This document shows, piece after piece, positions 1 to 15,000 of a stretch of 64,000 nt of DNA. A program made the translations under genes and the position numbers. The notes beneath the pieces are model-generated. The model was given only the letters and a program-made list of their open reading frames with translations. It had not been told where the DNA came from and did not search any database. The stretch lies in the NCBI RefSeq assembly GCF_056746865.1, contig NZ_CM163382.1. The stretch is one strand, 5' to 3'. Numbering within the stretch: position 1 is the first letter of the stretch; the number at the start of each line of letters is the position of its first letter.

Positions 1-3000
1 CATCGCCACGGACGACGTGATTAACGCCGCAGAAAAAGGCGCTGATTTAACGCTTTCCGGCACCACCACTAACGTAGAACCCGGTCAAACCGTCACCGTC
101 ACCTTTGGCGGGAAAAATTACACTGCCAGCGTAGCGAGCGATGGTAGCTGGACTGCCACCGTACCCGCCGCCGATCTGGCGTCATTACCCGAGGGCAGCG
201 CCTCCGCACAGGCCAGCGTCAGCAATATCAACGGCAATAGCGCCTCGGCGGTGCATAACTACAGCATCGATAGCAGTGCCCCGACCATCATTATCAATAC
301 CGTCGCCAGCGACAATATCGTCAACGCCAGCGAAGCCGATGCGGGTGTGACGGTGAGCGGCAGCACCACCGCTGAAGCGGGGCAGATTGTTACGGTTACG
401 CTCAATAGCCCGACCGTGCAGACCTATCAGGCAACGGTGCAGGCGGACGGCAGCTGGAGCATCAATATTCCGGCGGCAGATCTTGAGGCATTGACCGATG
501 GCAGCCACACCCTGACCGCCACGGTCAATGACAAAGCGGGCAACCCGGCGAGCACCACGCATAATCTGGCGGTGGATCTCACCGTTCCGGTACTTACCAT
601 CAACACCATTGCGGGCGACGATATTATTAACGCCGCCGAACACGGGCAGGCGCTGGTGATTTCCGGTTCCAGCACTGGCGGAGAAGCGGGGGATGTCGTC
701 ACCGTCACGCTAAACAGTAAAACCTACACCACGACGCTGGATGCTTCCGGCAACTGGAGCGTCGGCGTTCCGGCGGCGGATGTCACGGCACTGGGCAGCG
801 GCCCGCAAACTGTTACCGCCACGGTGACTGATGCGGCGGGTAATAGCGATAACGAGACGCACACGGTTACCGTTAACCTTGCTGCGCCGACCATTGGCAT
901 TAACACCATTGCTACCGATGACGTGATTAACGCCACCGAAAAAGGCGCGGATCTGCAAATTTCCGGCACCAGTAATCAGCCAGCAGGCACCACAATTACG
1001 CTGACGCTGAACGGGCAAAATTACACTGCGACGACGGACGCCGCAGGCAACTGGAGCACCACGGTGCCAGCTTCCGCAGTCGGTGCGCTGGGCGAAGCCA
1101 GCTACACGGTGACGGCGAACGTCACCGACAGCGCGGGCAACAGCAATTCCGCCAGTCATAACGTGCAGGTCAATACCGCGCTGCCTGGCGTCACCCTTAA
1201 TCCGGTGGCGAGCGACGACATTATTAACGCTGCCGAATCGGGCGTGGCGCAGACCATCAGCGGGCAGGTGACGGGCGCGGCGGCGGGCGATACGGTTACC
1301 GTAACGCTTGGCGGGAAAACTTACACCGCTACCGTGCAGGGGAATTTAAGCTGGAGCGTGGACGTTCCGGCGGCGGATATTCAGGCCATCGGCAATGGCG
1401 ACCTGACAGTTAATGCCTCGGTGACCAACGGCGTTGGTAATACCGGCAGCGGTTCGCGAGATATTACTATCGACGCTAATTTGCCTGGCCTGCGCGTCGA
1501 TACCGTGGCGGGCGATGATGTGGTCAACAGCATCGAGCACAGTCAGGCACTGGTGATAACTGGTAGCAGCAGCGGGCTGGCGGCGGGCGCGGCGCTGACG
1601 GTGGTGATTAACACGGTCACTTACGCTGCGACAGTATTAGCCGATGGCACATGGAGCCTTGGCGTTCCGGCGGCAGATGTGGGCAACTGGCCTGCGGGTA
1701 CGGTGAATATCACGGTTTCAGGTGCCACTAGCGCAGGAAACCCGGTCACTATCACCCATCCGGTCACCGTCGATCTGGCGGCGGTGGCGATCTCCATTAA
1801 CACCGTTTCCGGCGACGATGTGATTAACGCCGCCGAAAAAGGGGCAGATTTAACCCTTTCCGGCAGCACCTCCGGCGTGGAGCTGGGGCAAACGGTCACC
1901 GTTACCTTTGGCGGCAAAACCTACACCGCCACCGTAGCGGGCGATGGCAGCTGGACAACCAGTGTACCTGCTGCCGATCTCGCCGCATTACGCGACGGCG
2001 ACGCCACGGTACAGGCCAGCGTCAGCAATATTAACGGCAACACGGCTTCGGCGACCCACGCCTACAGCGTCGATGCCACGGCACCGACGTTTGCCATTAA
2101 CACCATCGCCACCGACGATATTCTGAACGCCGCCGAGGCGGGCAATCCGCTAACCATCAGCGGCAGTAGCACCGCCGAAGCGGGGCAGACGGTAACCGTC
2201 ACGCTTAATGGCGTGACTTACACCGGCACCGTCCAGGCGGATGGCAGCTGGAGCGTCAGCGTGCCGACGGCGGATCTCAGCAATCTGACCGCCAGCCAGT
2301 ACACGGTCAGCGCCTCGGTAAGCGATAAAGCGGGTAACCCGGCAACCGCCACTCATGGGCTGGCGGTGGATCTCACCGTTCCCGTATTAACCATCAACAC
2401 CGTCTCCGGCGATGACATTATTAACGCTGCCGAACACGGACAGGCGCTGGTGATCTCCGGCTCCAGCACTGGCGGGGAAGCGGGCGATGTCATCACCGTC
2501 ACGTTAAACAGTAAAACCTACACCACCACGCTGGACGCTTCCGGCAACTGGAGCGTCGGCGTTCCGCTGTCAGACGTTACTGCCCTTGGCAGCGGCCCGC
2601 AAACCATCACAGCTACCATTACCGACGCGGCAGGCAACAGCGATGATGCCAGCCGCACGGTCACCGTGAATCTGACCGCGCCAACCATTGGCATTAATAC
2701 TATTGCCGACGATGACGTGATTAACGCTACGGAAAAAGGCGCGGATCTGCAAATTACCGGCACCAGTAATCAGCCCGCAGGCACCACAATAACGGTGACG
2801 CTGAACGGGCAAAATTACACCGCCATAACAGATGCTTCCGGCAACTGGAGCGCCACGGTGCCAGCGTCAGCGGTCAGTGCATTGGGTGAGGCCAACTACA
2901 CGGTAACCGCGAACGTCACCGACAGCGCAGGCAACAGCAATTCCGCCAGCCATAACGTGCTGGTCAACAGCGCGTTACCTGCCGTCACCATTAACGCGGT

Positions 3001-6000
3001 GGCGGCCGATGACATTATTAACGCTGCCGAAGCGGGCAATGCGCAAACCATCAGTGGGCAGGTGACGGGTGCCGCGGCGGGCGACACAGTTACCGTTACG
3101 CTGGGTGGCAACACCTACACCGCCACGGTGCAGGCTAATTTAAGCTGGAGCGTTAGCGTGCCGGCGGCGGATATTCAGGCCATCGGCAATGGTAATCTCA
3201 CAGTAAACGCCTCGGTCACTAATGGCGTGGGCAACACCGGCAGCGGCTCGCGCGATATCACGATCGATGCCAATCTGCCTGGCTTGCGGGTCGATACCGT
3301 GGCGGGCGATGATGTTATTAACAGCATTGAGCACAATCAGGCGCTGGTGATAACAGGTAGCAGCACCGGGTTAACGGCGGGAACGGCGTTAACGGTCGAG
3401 ATTAACAACGTTACTTATGGCGCGACGGTATTAGCCGACGGCACGTGGAGCCTCGGTATTCCGGCGGCAGACGTCAGCAACTGGCCTGCGGGTACGGTGG
3501 ATATTACGGTAAGCGGCACCAACAGCGCCGGAACAACCTCTACCATTACCCATCCGGTTACCGTCGATCTGGCGGCGGTCGCCATCACCATTAACACCCT
3601 TTCCGGCGATGATGTGATCAACGCCGTGGAGAAAGGCGAAACGCTGGTCGTAAGCGGCAGCACCAGCGGTGTGGAAGCTGGGCAGACGGTGACCGTCACC
3701 TTTGGCGGTAAAAATTACACCACCACTGTGGAAGCCAACGGCAGCTGGACGGTGAATGTGCCGCCTGCCGATCTCGCTGCGCTACCGGACGGCGCGGGCA
3801 ACGTGCAGGCGAGCGTCAGCAATATTAACGGCAACAGCGCCCAGGCCGATCGCGCGTATAGCGTCGATGCCACCGCGCCGCTTATTACTATCAACACCAT
3901 CGCCAGCGACGATACTCTTAACGTGAGCGAAGCGGGCGCGGGGATCACCATCAGCGGCACCACCACGGCGCAGGCCGGGCAGACGCTGACCGTCACGCTC
4001 AATAACAACACGTACCAGACCACCATTCTCGCGGATGGCACCTGGAGCGTGAACGTTCCGGCAACGGATTTAAGCGGATTAACCGCCAGCAGTTATACCG
4101 TGACTGCGACGGTGAGCGACAAAGCGAGCAACCCGGCAAGCGCCGATCATGCGCTGGCGGTGGACGTTACCGCTCCGGATCTCACCATTAACACCGTCGC
4201 GGGCGATGACATCATCAACGCTATCGAACACGGGCAGGCGCTGGTGGTGAGCGGCACCAGCACGGGCGCGGCGGCAGGCGATGTGGTGACCGTCTCGCTC
4301 AACGGCAAAAACTACACCACCACGCTGGATGCCTCTGGTAACTGGAGCGTCGGTATCCCGGCGGCAGATGTGACGGCGCTGGCAACCGGAAGCCAGACCA
4401 TTACTGCCAGCCTGAGCGATCGCGCGGGCAACAGCGACAGCGCTACCCATAATGTCACCGTTGATCTTAGCGGCCCGACGCTGACCATCAGTACCGTCTC
4501 CGGCGACGACATCATCAATAATGCGGAGAAAACTCAGGATCTGACCATCAGCGGCGGCTCCAGCGGTCTGGCGACCGGCACCACGGTCACCGTGATGTTG
4601 AACGGCCTGGCGTACAGCGCCACCACCGATAGTTCCGGCAACTGGAGCGTTACCGTGCCTGCTTCGGCGGTCGGTGCCCTGGGCGAGGCGGTCTATTCGA
4701 TTAGCGCCAGCGCCACCGACAGCGCGGGCAACAGCGGCAGTACCACCCATACGGTGAATGTCGAATCGCTCCTGCCTGGGGTGATCATTAATACCGTGGC
4801 GGGCGATGACATTATCAACGCCGCTGAAATCGTTGTGGCGCAGACCATCAGCGGTCAGGTCACGGGAACGGCGGTTGCCGGGAATACGGTGATTGTCACC
4901 ATTGGCGGCAATCAATATAACGCCACCGTGCAGTCAGATTTAAGCTGGAGCGTCAGCGTACCGGCGAACGTTTTGCAGGCGCTGGGTAACGGTGAACTGA
5001 CCATCAGCGCCTCGGTGACCAATTCCGCAAATAATACCAGCACCGCGACGCACGATATCGTGATAGATGCCAACCTGCCAGGTCTGCGCGTCGATACCGT
5101 GGCAGGCGATGATGTGATTAACAGCATCGAGCACACTCAGGCGTTGGTGATCACCGGTAGCAGTAGCGGACTGGCGGCGGGCGCGGCGTTGACGGTGGTT
5201 ATCAATAGCGTCACCTACGGCGCAACGGTACTCGCCGATGGCAGCTGGAGCGTCGGTGTTCCGGCGGCAGATGTCACAAACTGGCCTGCGGGAACGGTCA
5301 ATATTGCCGTTTCTGGCACCAATACCGCCGGAACCACAACCAGCATTAGCCATCCGGTCACGGTCGATCTCGCGGCCGTGGCGATTACCATTAACACCCT
5401 TTCCACTGACGATGTGATTAATGCCGCCGAAAAAGGCAGCGATTTGCAGCTCTCCGGCACCACCTCCGATGTGGAAGCGGGGCAAACCATCACCGTTATC
5501 TTCGGCGGCAAAAGCTACACCACCACGGTTGCCGCGGGCGGCACCTGGGGGCTGACAATCCCAGCAGCCGATCTCGCAACCTTGCCTGACGGCGCAGCAA
5601 ACGTCCAGGCCAGCGTCAGCAACGTCGCAGGTAACAGCGCCCAGGCAACGCATGCTTACAGCGTCGATGCCACCGCGCCTTCCGTTACCATCAACACCAT
5701 CGCCACGGACGATATTCTTAACGCCGACGAAGCGGGATCGGCGCTGACCATCAGCGGCACCAGCACGGCGGAAGCCGGGCAGACGGTGACCGTGACGCTA
5801 AACGGCGTCAATTACAGCGGCAACGTGCAGGCAGACGGGAGCTGGAGCGTCAGCGTCCCGACCGGCGATTTAGCTAACCTCACTGCCAGCCCCTATACGG
5901 TGAGCGCAGCGGTCAGCGACAAAGCCGGAAATCCGGCCTCGGCGACGCATAACCTGACGGTGGATCTTGTTGCGCCGGTCGTTACCATTAACACGGTAGC

Positions 6001-9000
6001 GGGCGATGACATCATTAACGCCACAGAACACGGACAGGCGCAGATTATCAGCGGCTCGGCAACGGGCGCGACGACCGGTAACACGGTGTCCGTGACGATT
6101 GGCACGACCACTTACACCACCGTGCTGGACGCCAACGGCAACTGGAGCATCGGCGTGCCTGCCAGCGTGATTTCCGCACTGGCGCAGGGGAATGTGACCA
6201 TTACCGCCACGGTCACCGACTCCGCAGGCAACAGCGGCACGGCCTCGCACACTGTCAGCGTGGCGCTCGGCGCGCCGATACTGAGTATTAACACCATCGC
6301 CGTTGATGACATCATTAATGCCACGGAGAAAGGCGCGGATCTGGCGATTTCCGGAAGCAGCAACCAGCCTGCGGGTACGCAGATAACCGTTACGCTCAAC
6401 GGGCAAAATTACACCACCACTGCCGATGCATCCGGTAACTGGAGCGTGACCGTTCCGGCGTCACGGGTGAGCACCCTCGGTGAAGCCACTTACACGGTGA
6501 CTGCCGCCGCCACTGACGCCGATGGCAACAGCGGTTCCGCCAGCCATAACGTGCAGGTTAATACCGCGCTGCCGGGCGTCACCATTAACGTTGTCGCGAG
6601 CGACGATATTATTAACGCTGCCGAAGCGGGCGCGGGCCAGAGCATCAGCGGGCAGGTGACGGGCGCGGCAGCGGGCGACACGGTAACCGTCACGCTCGGC
6701 GAGGCGACTTACACTGCCACGGTGCAGGCGAATTTAAGCTGGAGCGTCGATGTTCCGGCCTCCGCGCTACAGGCGTTGGGCAACGGTGAACTGACCATTT
6801 CGGCTTCGGTAACGAACAGCGTAGGCAATACCGGCAACGGCACGCGCGAAATCACCATCGACGCGAATCTCCCCGGTCTGCGGATTGACACCGTGGCGGG
6901 CGATGATGTGGTCAACATTATCGAGCACGGGCAGGCGCTGGTGATTACCGGCAGCAGCTCCGATCTGGCAGCGGGCAGCAACGTCACGCTGACCATTAAC
7001 GGGCAAACCTATGTTGCGGCGGTACTGGCGGATGGCTCATGGAGCGTCGGCGTTCCGGCGGTGGATGTCAGCGCCTGGCCTGCGGGGACGGTCACGATTA
7101 CAGCCAGCGGCAACACCACCGCCGGAAACCCGGTGAGCGTTACGCATCCGGTGACTGTCGATCTCACTGCGGTGGCGGTCAGCATCAACGCCATTACTGC
7201 CGATGACGTGATTAACGCTGCCGAAAAAGGCGCGGCGTTAACGCTCTCTGGCAGCACTTCTGGTGTCGAAGCCGGGCAAACGGTCACCGTCACCTTTGGC
7301 GGCAAAACCTACACTGCAAGCGTCGCGGCGAATGGTTCCTGGAGTACCACGGTTCCGGCGACAGATATGGCAGCCCTGCGTGATGGCGATGCCAGCGCGC
7401 AGGCCAACGTCAGCAATGTTAACGGCAACAGCGCCACCACTACCCACGCTTACAGCGTCGATGCTACCGCGCCAACGGTGACCATTAACACCATTGCGGG
7501 CGACGACATTCTTAACGCCGCCGAAGCCGGAGCGGCGCTGACCATCACTGGCAGCAGCACGGCGGAAGCGGGGCAGACGGTGACCGTCACCCTCAATGGT
7601 GCAAACTATACTGGCACCGTACAGACGGACGGCAGCTGGAGCATCAGCGTACCGCCAGCCGACTTAAGCGCCCTGACCGCCAGCAACTACACCGTTAGCG
7701 CGGCGGTGAGCGACAAAGTCGGAAACCCGGCCTCGGTTAATCACAACCTGACGGTGGATACGTCTGTTCCGGTCGTCACCATCAACACGGTGGCAGGCGA
7801 TGATGTGATCAACGCGACGGAACACGCCCAGGCGCAGATTATCAGCGGCTCCGCCACGGGTGCGGCAACCGGCAGCGCCGTGACGGTGACTATCGGCACA
7901 AACACCTTTACCACCGTACTGGATGCCAGCGGTAACTGGAGCGTCGGCGTTCCGGCAAGCGTCGTCTCGGCGCTGGCGAACGGCACGGTGACCATTAACG
8001 CCAGCGTCACCGATGCCGCCGGAAACAGCGGCAGCGCTACGCATCTGGTGACGGTCAATACTGGCCTTCCGTCAATTACCTTTAACGCCATCAGCGGCGA
8101 TAACGTCCTGAACGCCGATGAAAAAGGCCAGCCGTTGACCATTAGCGGTAGCAGTACGGGGTTGGCGACCGGCGCACAGGTTACCGTCACACTCAACGGT
8201 CATAACTACAGCGCTACCACCGACGCGGCGGGCAACTGGACGTTAACCGTGCCGGTGAGCGATCTGGCGGCTTTAGGCCAGGCCAACTATATCGTCAGCG
8301 CCAGCGCCACCAGTGCGGCAGGCAACATCGCCAGCAGCCAGGCGAATTTACTGGTCGATAGCGGCCTGCCGGGCGTCACCATCAACACCGTGGCGGGCGA
8401 TGATATTATCAACGCCGCCGAAGCCGGGGCCGATCAAACCATCAGCGGGGTGGTCACTCGTGCCGCCGCTGGCGATACGGTTACCGTCACGCTGGGCGGC
8501 AACACTTACACCACCACGGTACAGGGCAACTTAAGCTGGAGTATCAGCGTTCCGGCAGCCGATCTCCAGGCGTTGGGCAATGGCGATTTGACCATTAACG
8601 CTTCGGTCACCAACGCGAATGGCAATACGGGCAGCGGTACGCGGGATATCACCATTGACGCTAACCTGCCAGGGCTGCGCGTGGATACGGTAGCGGGCGA
8701 TGATATCGTCAACAGCATTGAACACGGGCAGGCGCTGGTGATCACTGGCGGCAGTAGCGGCCTGAATGCAGGCGTGCCATTGACGATCACGATTAACGGC
8801 ACGGCTTATTCCGCCACGGTACAGGCAGACGGGAGCTGGAGCGTCGGCATTCCGGCGACAAACGTCAGCGCATGGCCTGCGGGGGCGTTAACCGTTGACG
8901 TGGCAGGCCAGAGCAGCGCCGGAAATCCGGTCAGCGTCAGCCATCCGTTCACCGTCGATTTAACGGCGGTGGCAATCAGCATCAACACCGTTGCCAGCGA

Positions 9001-12000
9001 CGACGTAATTAACGCCGCCGAAAAAGGCACCGACCTGACCCTTTCTGGCAGCACCAGCGGAATTGAAAGCGGGCAAACCGTTACCGTCACTTTTGGCGGT
9101 AAAACCTACACTGCAAGCGTCGCCGCCAACGGTAGCTGGAGTGTGAACGTTCCAGCGGCAGATCTGGCAACTCTGCCAGACGGCGCGGCGAACGTGCAGG
9201 CCAGTGTCAGCAGCGCGAGCGGTAACAGTGCCTCGGCGACCCATGCGTACAGCGTTGACGCCAGCGCACCGACGCTCACCATTAACACCATTGCCAGCGA
9301 CGATATTCTTAACGCCACGGAGGCGGGAAGCCCGCTCACCATCAGCGGCACCAGCACCGCCGAAACCGGGCAGACGGTCACCGTAACCCTTAACGGCGCA
9401 ACCTACAGCGGTAATGTGCAGGCAGACGGTAGCTGGAGCGTCAGCGTTCCCCCTTCAGCCTTAGGCGCGCTGACCGCAAGCAATTACACCGTCAGCGCCA
9501 CGGTCAACGACAAAGCGGGCAACCCCGGCAGCACCAGCCATAATCTGGCGGTAGACACCACCGCGCCGGTTCTCACCATTAACACCGTGGCAGGCGATGA
9601 CATCATCAACGATGCTGAACACGCCCAGGCGCTGGTGATTTCCGGCACCAGCAGCGGCGGGGAAGCGGGCGATGTGGTGAGCGTTGTGCTCAACGGCAAA
9701 ACCTACACCTCCACCCTGGATGCCTCCGGCAACTGGAGCGTTGGCGTTCCGGCGGCGGATGTTACGGCGCTGGGTAGCGGCGCACAGACCATCACCGCCA
9801 GCGTCAGCGATCGGGCGGGTAACAGCGATGACGCCAGCCGCACCGTGACCGTCAGCCTCAGCGCGCCAGTGATTAGCATCAACACCATCGCGGGCGATGA
9901 TGTGATCAACGCGACGGAAAAAGGATCTGATCTGACGCTTTCCGGCACCAGCGATCAGCCTGCGGGTACGGCGATCACCGTTACGCTGAACGGACAAAAC
10001 TACAGCGCCACCACCGACGCCTCCGGCAACTGGAGCGTTACCGTGCCTGCCTCTGCTGTCAGTGCGCTGGGCGAAGCCACCTACAGCGTGACGGCGAGCG
10101 TCACCAATGCTCAGGGTAACAGCAGCACCGCCAGCCATAACGTGCAGGTCAATACCGCGCTGCCGGGCGTCACCATTAATCCGGTGGCGACGGACGATAT
10201 TATCAACGCCGCTGAAGCAGGCAGTGCGCAAACCATCAGCGGCCAGGTAACCGGTGCGGCGGCGGGCAGCACCGTCACCGTTGAACTGGGCGGCAAAACT
10301 TACACCGCCACGGTCCAGGCTGATTTAAGTTGGAGTGTGAGCGTACCTGCCGCCGACTGGCAGGCGCTGGGTAACGGTGAGTTAACGGTTAATGCCTCGG
10401 TGACCAACGCCGTTGGCAACACCGGTAGCGGCACGCGCGATATCACCATCGATGCCAGTCTGCCTGGCCTGCGGGTGGATACCGTCGCGGGTGATGATGT
10501 GGTCAATATCATCGAACACAGTCAGGCGCAGGTGATCACCGGTAGCAGCTCCGGCTTTGCGGTGGGCACGGCGCTGAACGTAGTGATAAATAATCAAACT
10601 TACGCCGCCACGGTGCTGGCGAACGGCAGCTGGAGCGTCGGCGTTCCTGCGACGGATGTCAGTAACTGGCCTGCGGGAACGCTGAATATTACCGTTAGCG
10701 GCGCGAACAGTGCCGGAACGCAAACCAGCATTACCCATCCGCTGACCGTTGATCTCACCACCGTCGCCGTCAGCATAAACAGCATCACCAGCGATGATGT
10801 GATTAACGCCGCCGAAAAAGGCGCGGCGCTAACGCTCTCCGGCAGCACGTCCGGCGTCGAAGCGGGGCAAACCGTTACCATTACTTTTGGCGGTAAAACC
10901 TACACCACCACGGTGGCGGCAAACGGTAGCTGGAGCACCACCGTTCCGGCGGCGGATATGGCGGCCCTGCGTGACGGCGATGCCAGCGCCCAGGTGCGGG
11001 TGACTAACGTCAACGGCAACAGCGCCACGGCAACGCATGAATACAGCGTCGATAGCGCCGCGCCAACGGTCACCATCAACACCATTGCCAGCGATAACAT
11101 CATCAATGCCAGCGAAGCGGCGGCGGGCGTAACGGTGTCCGGCACCAGCACGGCGCAAACCGGGCAGACGCTCACCGTCACGCTTAATGGCACTAACTAC
11201 CAGACCACGGTGCAGGCAGACGGCAGCTGGAGCTTAACGCTGCCCGCCAGCGACTTAACCGCACTTGCCAATAACGGCTACACCCTGACCGCCACGGTCA
11301 GCGATTTGGCGGGTAACCCTGGCAGCGCCAGCAAAGGTGTGACCGTCGATACCACCGCGCCCGTCATCAGCTTTAACACCGTGGCGGGCGACGATGTGAT
11401 TAACAGAGTTGAACACACTCAGGCGCAGATTATCAGCGGCACCGCCACGGGCGCGGTGGCGGGCGACCGTCTGGTGGTGACCATCGCCGGGCAGCAGTAT
11501 GTCACCAGCACCGATGCCAGCGGCAACTGGAGCGTCGGCGTGCCTGCCAGCGTGATTTCCGGCCTTGCAGATGGCACAGTGACTATCAGCGCCACTATCA
11601 CCGATAGCGCAGGCAACAGCAGCACCCAGACGCACAACGTACAGGTAAACACGGCGGCAGTGTCGCTCTCGGTCAGCACCATCAGCGGCGATAATATTAT
11701 TAACGCCGCCGAAGCGGGCAGTGCGCTGACCCTGAGCGGCACCGGAACGAACTTTGCCGCAGGTACAGTGGTGACCGTGTTGCTTAACGGCAAAGGCTAC
11801 AGCGCTACCATTCAGAACAACGGGAGCTGGAGTGTGAACGTGCCGGCGGCAGACGTCGCGGCACTGGCGGATGGCACCAGCTACACGGTTAGCGCCTCCG
11901 CCCAGGATAGCGCCGGAAACAGCGCCACGGCCTCGCGCAGTGTGGCGGTGGATCTCACCGCGCCGGTTATCAGCATAAACACGGTTTCAACGGACGACCG

Positions 12001-15000
12001 ACTCAACGCCGCCGAACAGCAGCAGCCGTTAACCCTTAACGGCTCGACCAGCGCGGAAGTAGGGCAGACGGTAACCGTCACCTTTGGCGGCAAAACTTAT
12101 ACCGCCACGGTGGCCGCCAATGGCACCTGGGCGCTGAACGTGCCTGCGGCAGATCTGGCCGCGCTCGGGCAGGGCGCACAGACCATTACCGCCAGCGTGA
12201 ACGATCGCGCCGGTAACCCCGGTCAAACCACGCACGCCCTGACCGTCGATACCGTTGCGCCAACGGTCACCATCGCCACGGTGGCGGGTGACGATATTAT
12301 CAACAACGCCGAACAGCTCGCTGGGCAAACCATCAGCGGCACCACCACCGCTGAAGTGGGCCAGACGGTGACCGTCACCTTTAACGGTCAGAGCTGGACT
12401 GCAACGGTCGGCAGCGGCGGAAGCTGGTCGGTGTTTATTCCGGCGCAGCAGTTTGCCGGATTAAGCGACGGCAGCTACACCATTAGCGCGACGGTTAGCG
12501 ATCAGGCCGGAAACCCTGGTAGCGCCAGCCGTGGCGTGACATTGAACGGCGACGTCCCCTCCGTCACCATCAACACCTTTGCGGGCGATGATGTGGTGAA
12601 TGCGGCGGAGCACGGCTCGTCGCTGGTGATCAGCGGCACCACCACCGCCCCAGTCGGGCAGACGCTGACCCTGACCTTAAACGGCAAAACCTACACTACC
12701 ACGGTACAGACCGGCGGTAGCTGGAGCTACACCCTCGGCAGCGCCGATGTCACCGCGCTGGCGGACGGCAATGCCTACGTGATTAACGCCTCGGTGAGCA
12801 ACGCCATTGGCAACACCGGCAGCAGCAATCACACCATTACCGTCGACCTCAGCGCCCCGGCGATGGGCATTAATATCGATTCCCTGCAAGCCGACACTGG
12901 CCTTAGCTCCAGCGACTTTATCACCAGCGTCAGCCCGGTGGTGGTCAACGGCTCGCTCACCGCCGCGCTTGCCAGTAACGAGACGGCGCAAATCAGTATC
13001 GACGGCGGCGTAACCTGGACCACGCTTACCGTTACCGGCACGACCTGGCGCTATAACGACAGCCGCACGCTGACCGATGGTAACTATCTCTATCAGGTAC
13101 GGGTGATTGACGCAGCGGGCAACGTCGGTGCCACTGACAGCCAGAATGTGGTGATCGACACCATCGCGCCAGATCCAGCAGTAAAAACCATCGCCATCAG
13201 CGCGATCACCACCGATACTGGATTGATTACTAACGATTTTGTCACCAGCGACACGACGCTTGCGGTGAGCGGCACGCTGGGGGCGGCGCTTTCTGCCGGT
13301 GAGTTCGCGCAAATCAGCATTGATGGCGGCACCACCTGGCAGAATCTTTCGGTAAGCGGTTTGACCTGGACATATCTTGACGGGCGTACGCTGACTGACG
13401 GCAACTACAACTATCAGGTACGGGTGATCGACACCGCCGGAAATATCGGCGCGACTGCCAGCCAGATAGTCACCGTGGATACCACCGCGCCGCTGGCGAG
13501 CAAAACCATCGCCATTGCGGGCATTAGCGATGACACCGGGTTAAGCAGCAGCGATTTTGTTACTCGCGACACTACGCTTACTGTGCGCGGCACGCTCGGC
13601 GCGGCGCTGGCGGCAGACGAACGGGCGCAAATCAGCCTCGACGGCGGTGTCACCTGGACCACGTTAACCGTTATCGGCACCAGCTGGAGCTATGCCGATG
13701 GTCGCACACTGACCGACGGCACCTGGAACTACACGGTGCGGGTGGTGGATCTGGCGGGGAACGTTGGGCAGACCGCAACGCAAAACGTGGTGGTCGACAC
13801 CACCAGCCCGGAAGCGGCGAAAAGTATCACCATTACCGGTATCAGCGATGACACCGGAGCCAGCAGCAGCGATTTTATTACCAGCGACACCTCGCTTACC
13901 GTGCGCGGCGTATTGGGGGCGGCGCTCGGCGCTAACGAATTCGCGCAAATCAGTACCGACAACGGCGCAACCTGGGTGAACGTGACCGTCGCCGCAGACG
14001 GCCTTAACTGGAGTTACGTTGACGGACGCACGCTCACCAACGGCACCACCACCTGGCAGGTGCGGGTGGTGGATCTGGCGGGCAACGTTGGCGCAACCGG
14101 CAGCCAGTCGGCGCAGATTGACACCGTGAACCCGGCGCAGGTACTCACCATCGCCAGCATCAGCACCGACACGGGGAGTTCGGCAACTGACTTTATCACC
14201 AGCGATACCTCGCTCACGCTGACCGGTTCGCTGGGGGCGGGGCTTGCCAGCGGCGAAGTGGCGCAGATTAGCCTCGACGGCGGCGCGACCTGGATCACGC
14301 TCACCACCAACGGCACGCAGTGGACCTACACTGACAGCCGCACGCTGACCGACGGCAGCTACGTTTACCAGGTGCGGGTGCTGGATCTGGCGGGGAATAC
14401 TGGCCCGGTGGTGTCGAAAACGGTGGTGGTCGATACGATTAACCCCACCGCGACGCCGACCATTGTGTCGTACACTGATGACGTCGGGCAGCGGCAGGGG
14501 ACATTAAGCAGTTCGCAGGCCACCGACGACACTACGCCGTTGCTGAACGGCGTGCTCTCCGGCCCGCTTGCCAGCGGTGAAGTGGTTTACCTCTACCGTA
14601 ACGGCCTGCTGTTAGGCGCGGTAACGATGGTAGGCGCACTGAACTGGACCTACAGCGACAGCGGGCTGGTGAGCGGTGCCTACACCTACAGCGCGCGAGT
14701 GGTGGATCTGGCGGGGAATATCACCTCCTCCAGTGATTTTGTCCTGATGGTCGATACCTCTATTCCGACCACGCTGGCGCAAATTACCAGCCAGACCACG
14801 CGCGATACTACGCCGATTATCAGCGGGGTGATCACCGCCGCGCTTGCCAGCGGGCAGTATGTTGAAGTGGTGATCAACGGCAAAACCTACACCTCTGAAC
14901 CGGGCGGTGCGGTGGTGGTCGATCCGGCGCACAACACCTGGTATGTACAGTTGCCGGATACCGACGCGCTGGCGGCTTCTGCGACCGCCTATAACGTCAC

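Noticed and set aside
2-12850. Possible CRISPR array suggested by regular ~300-bp periodicity
   Set aside because: The repeat units are ~300 bp of protein-coding sequence with no short identical repeats separated by unique spacers, and all lie within one long ORF. This is a protein domain array, not CRISPR.
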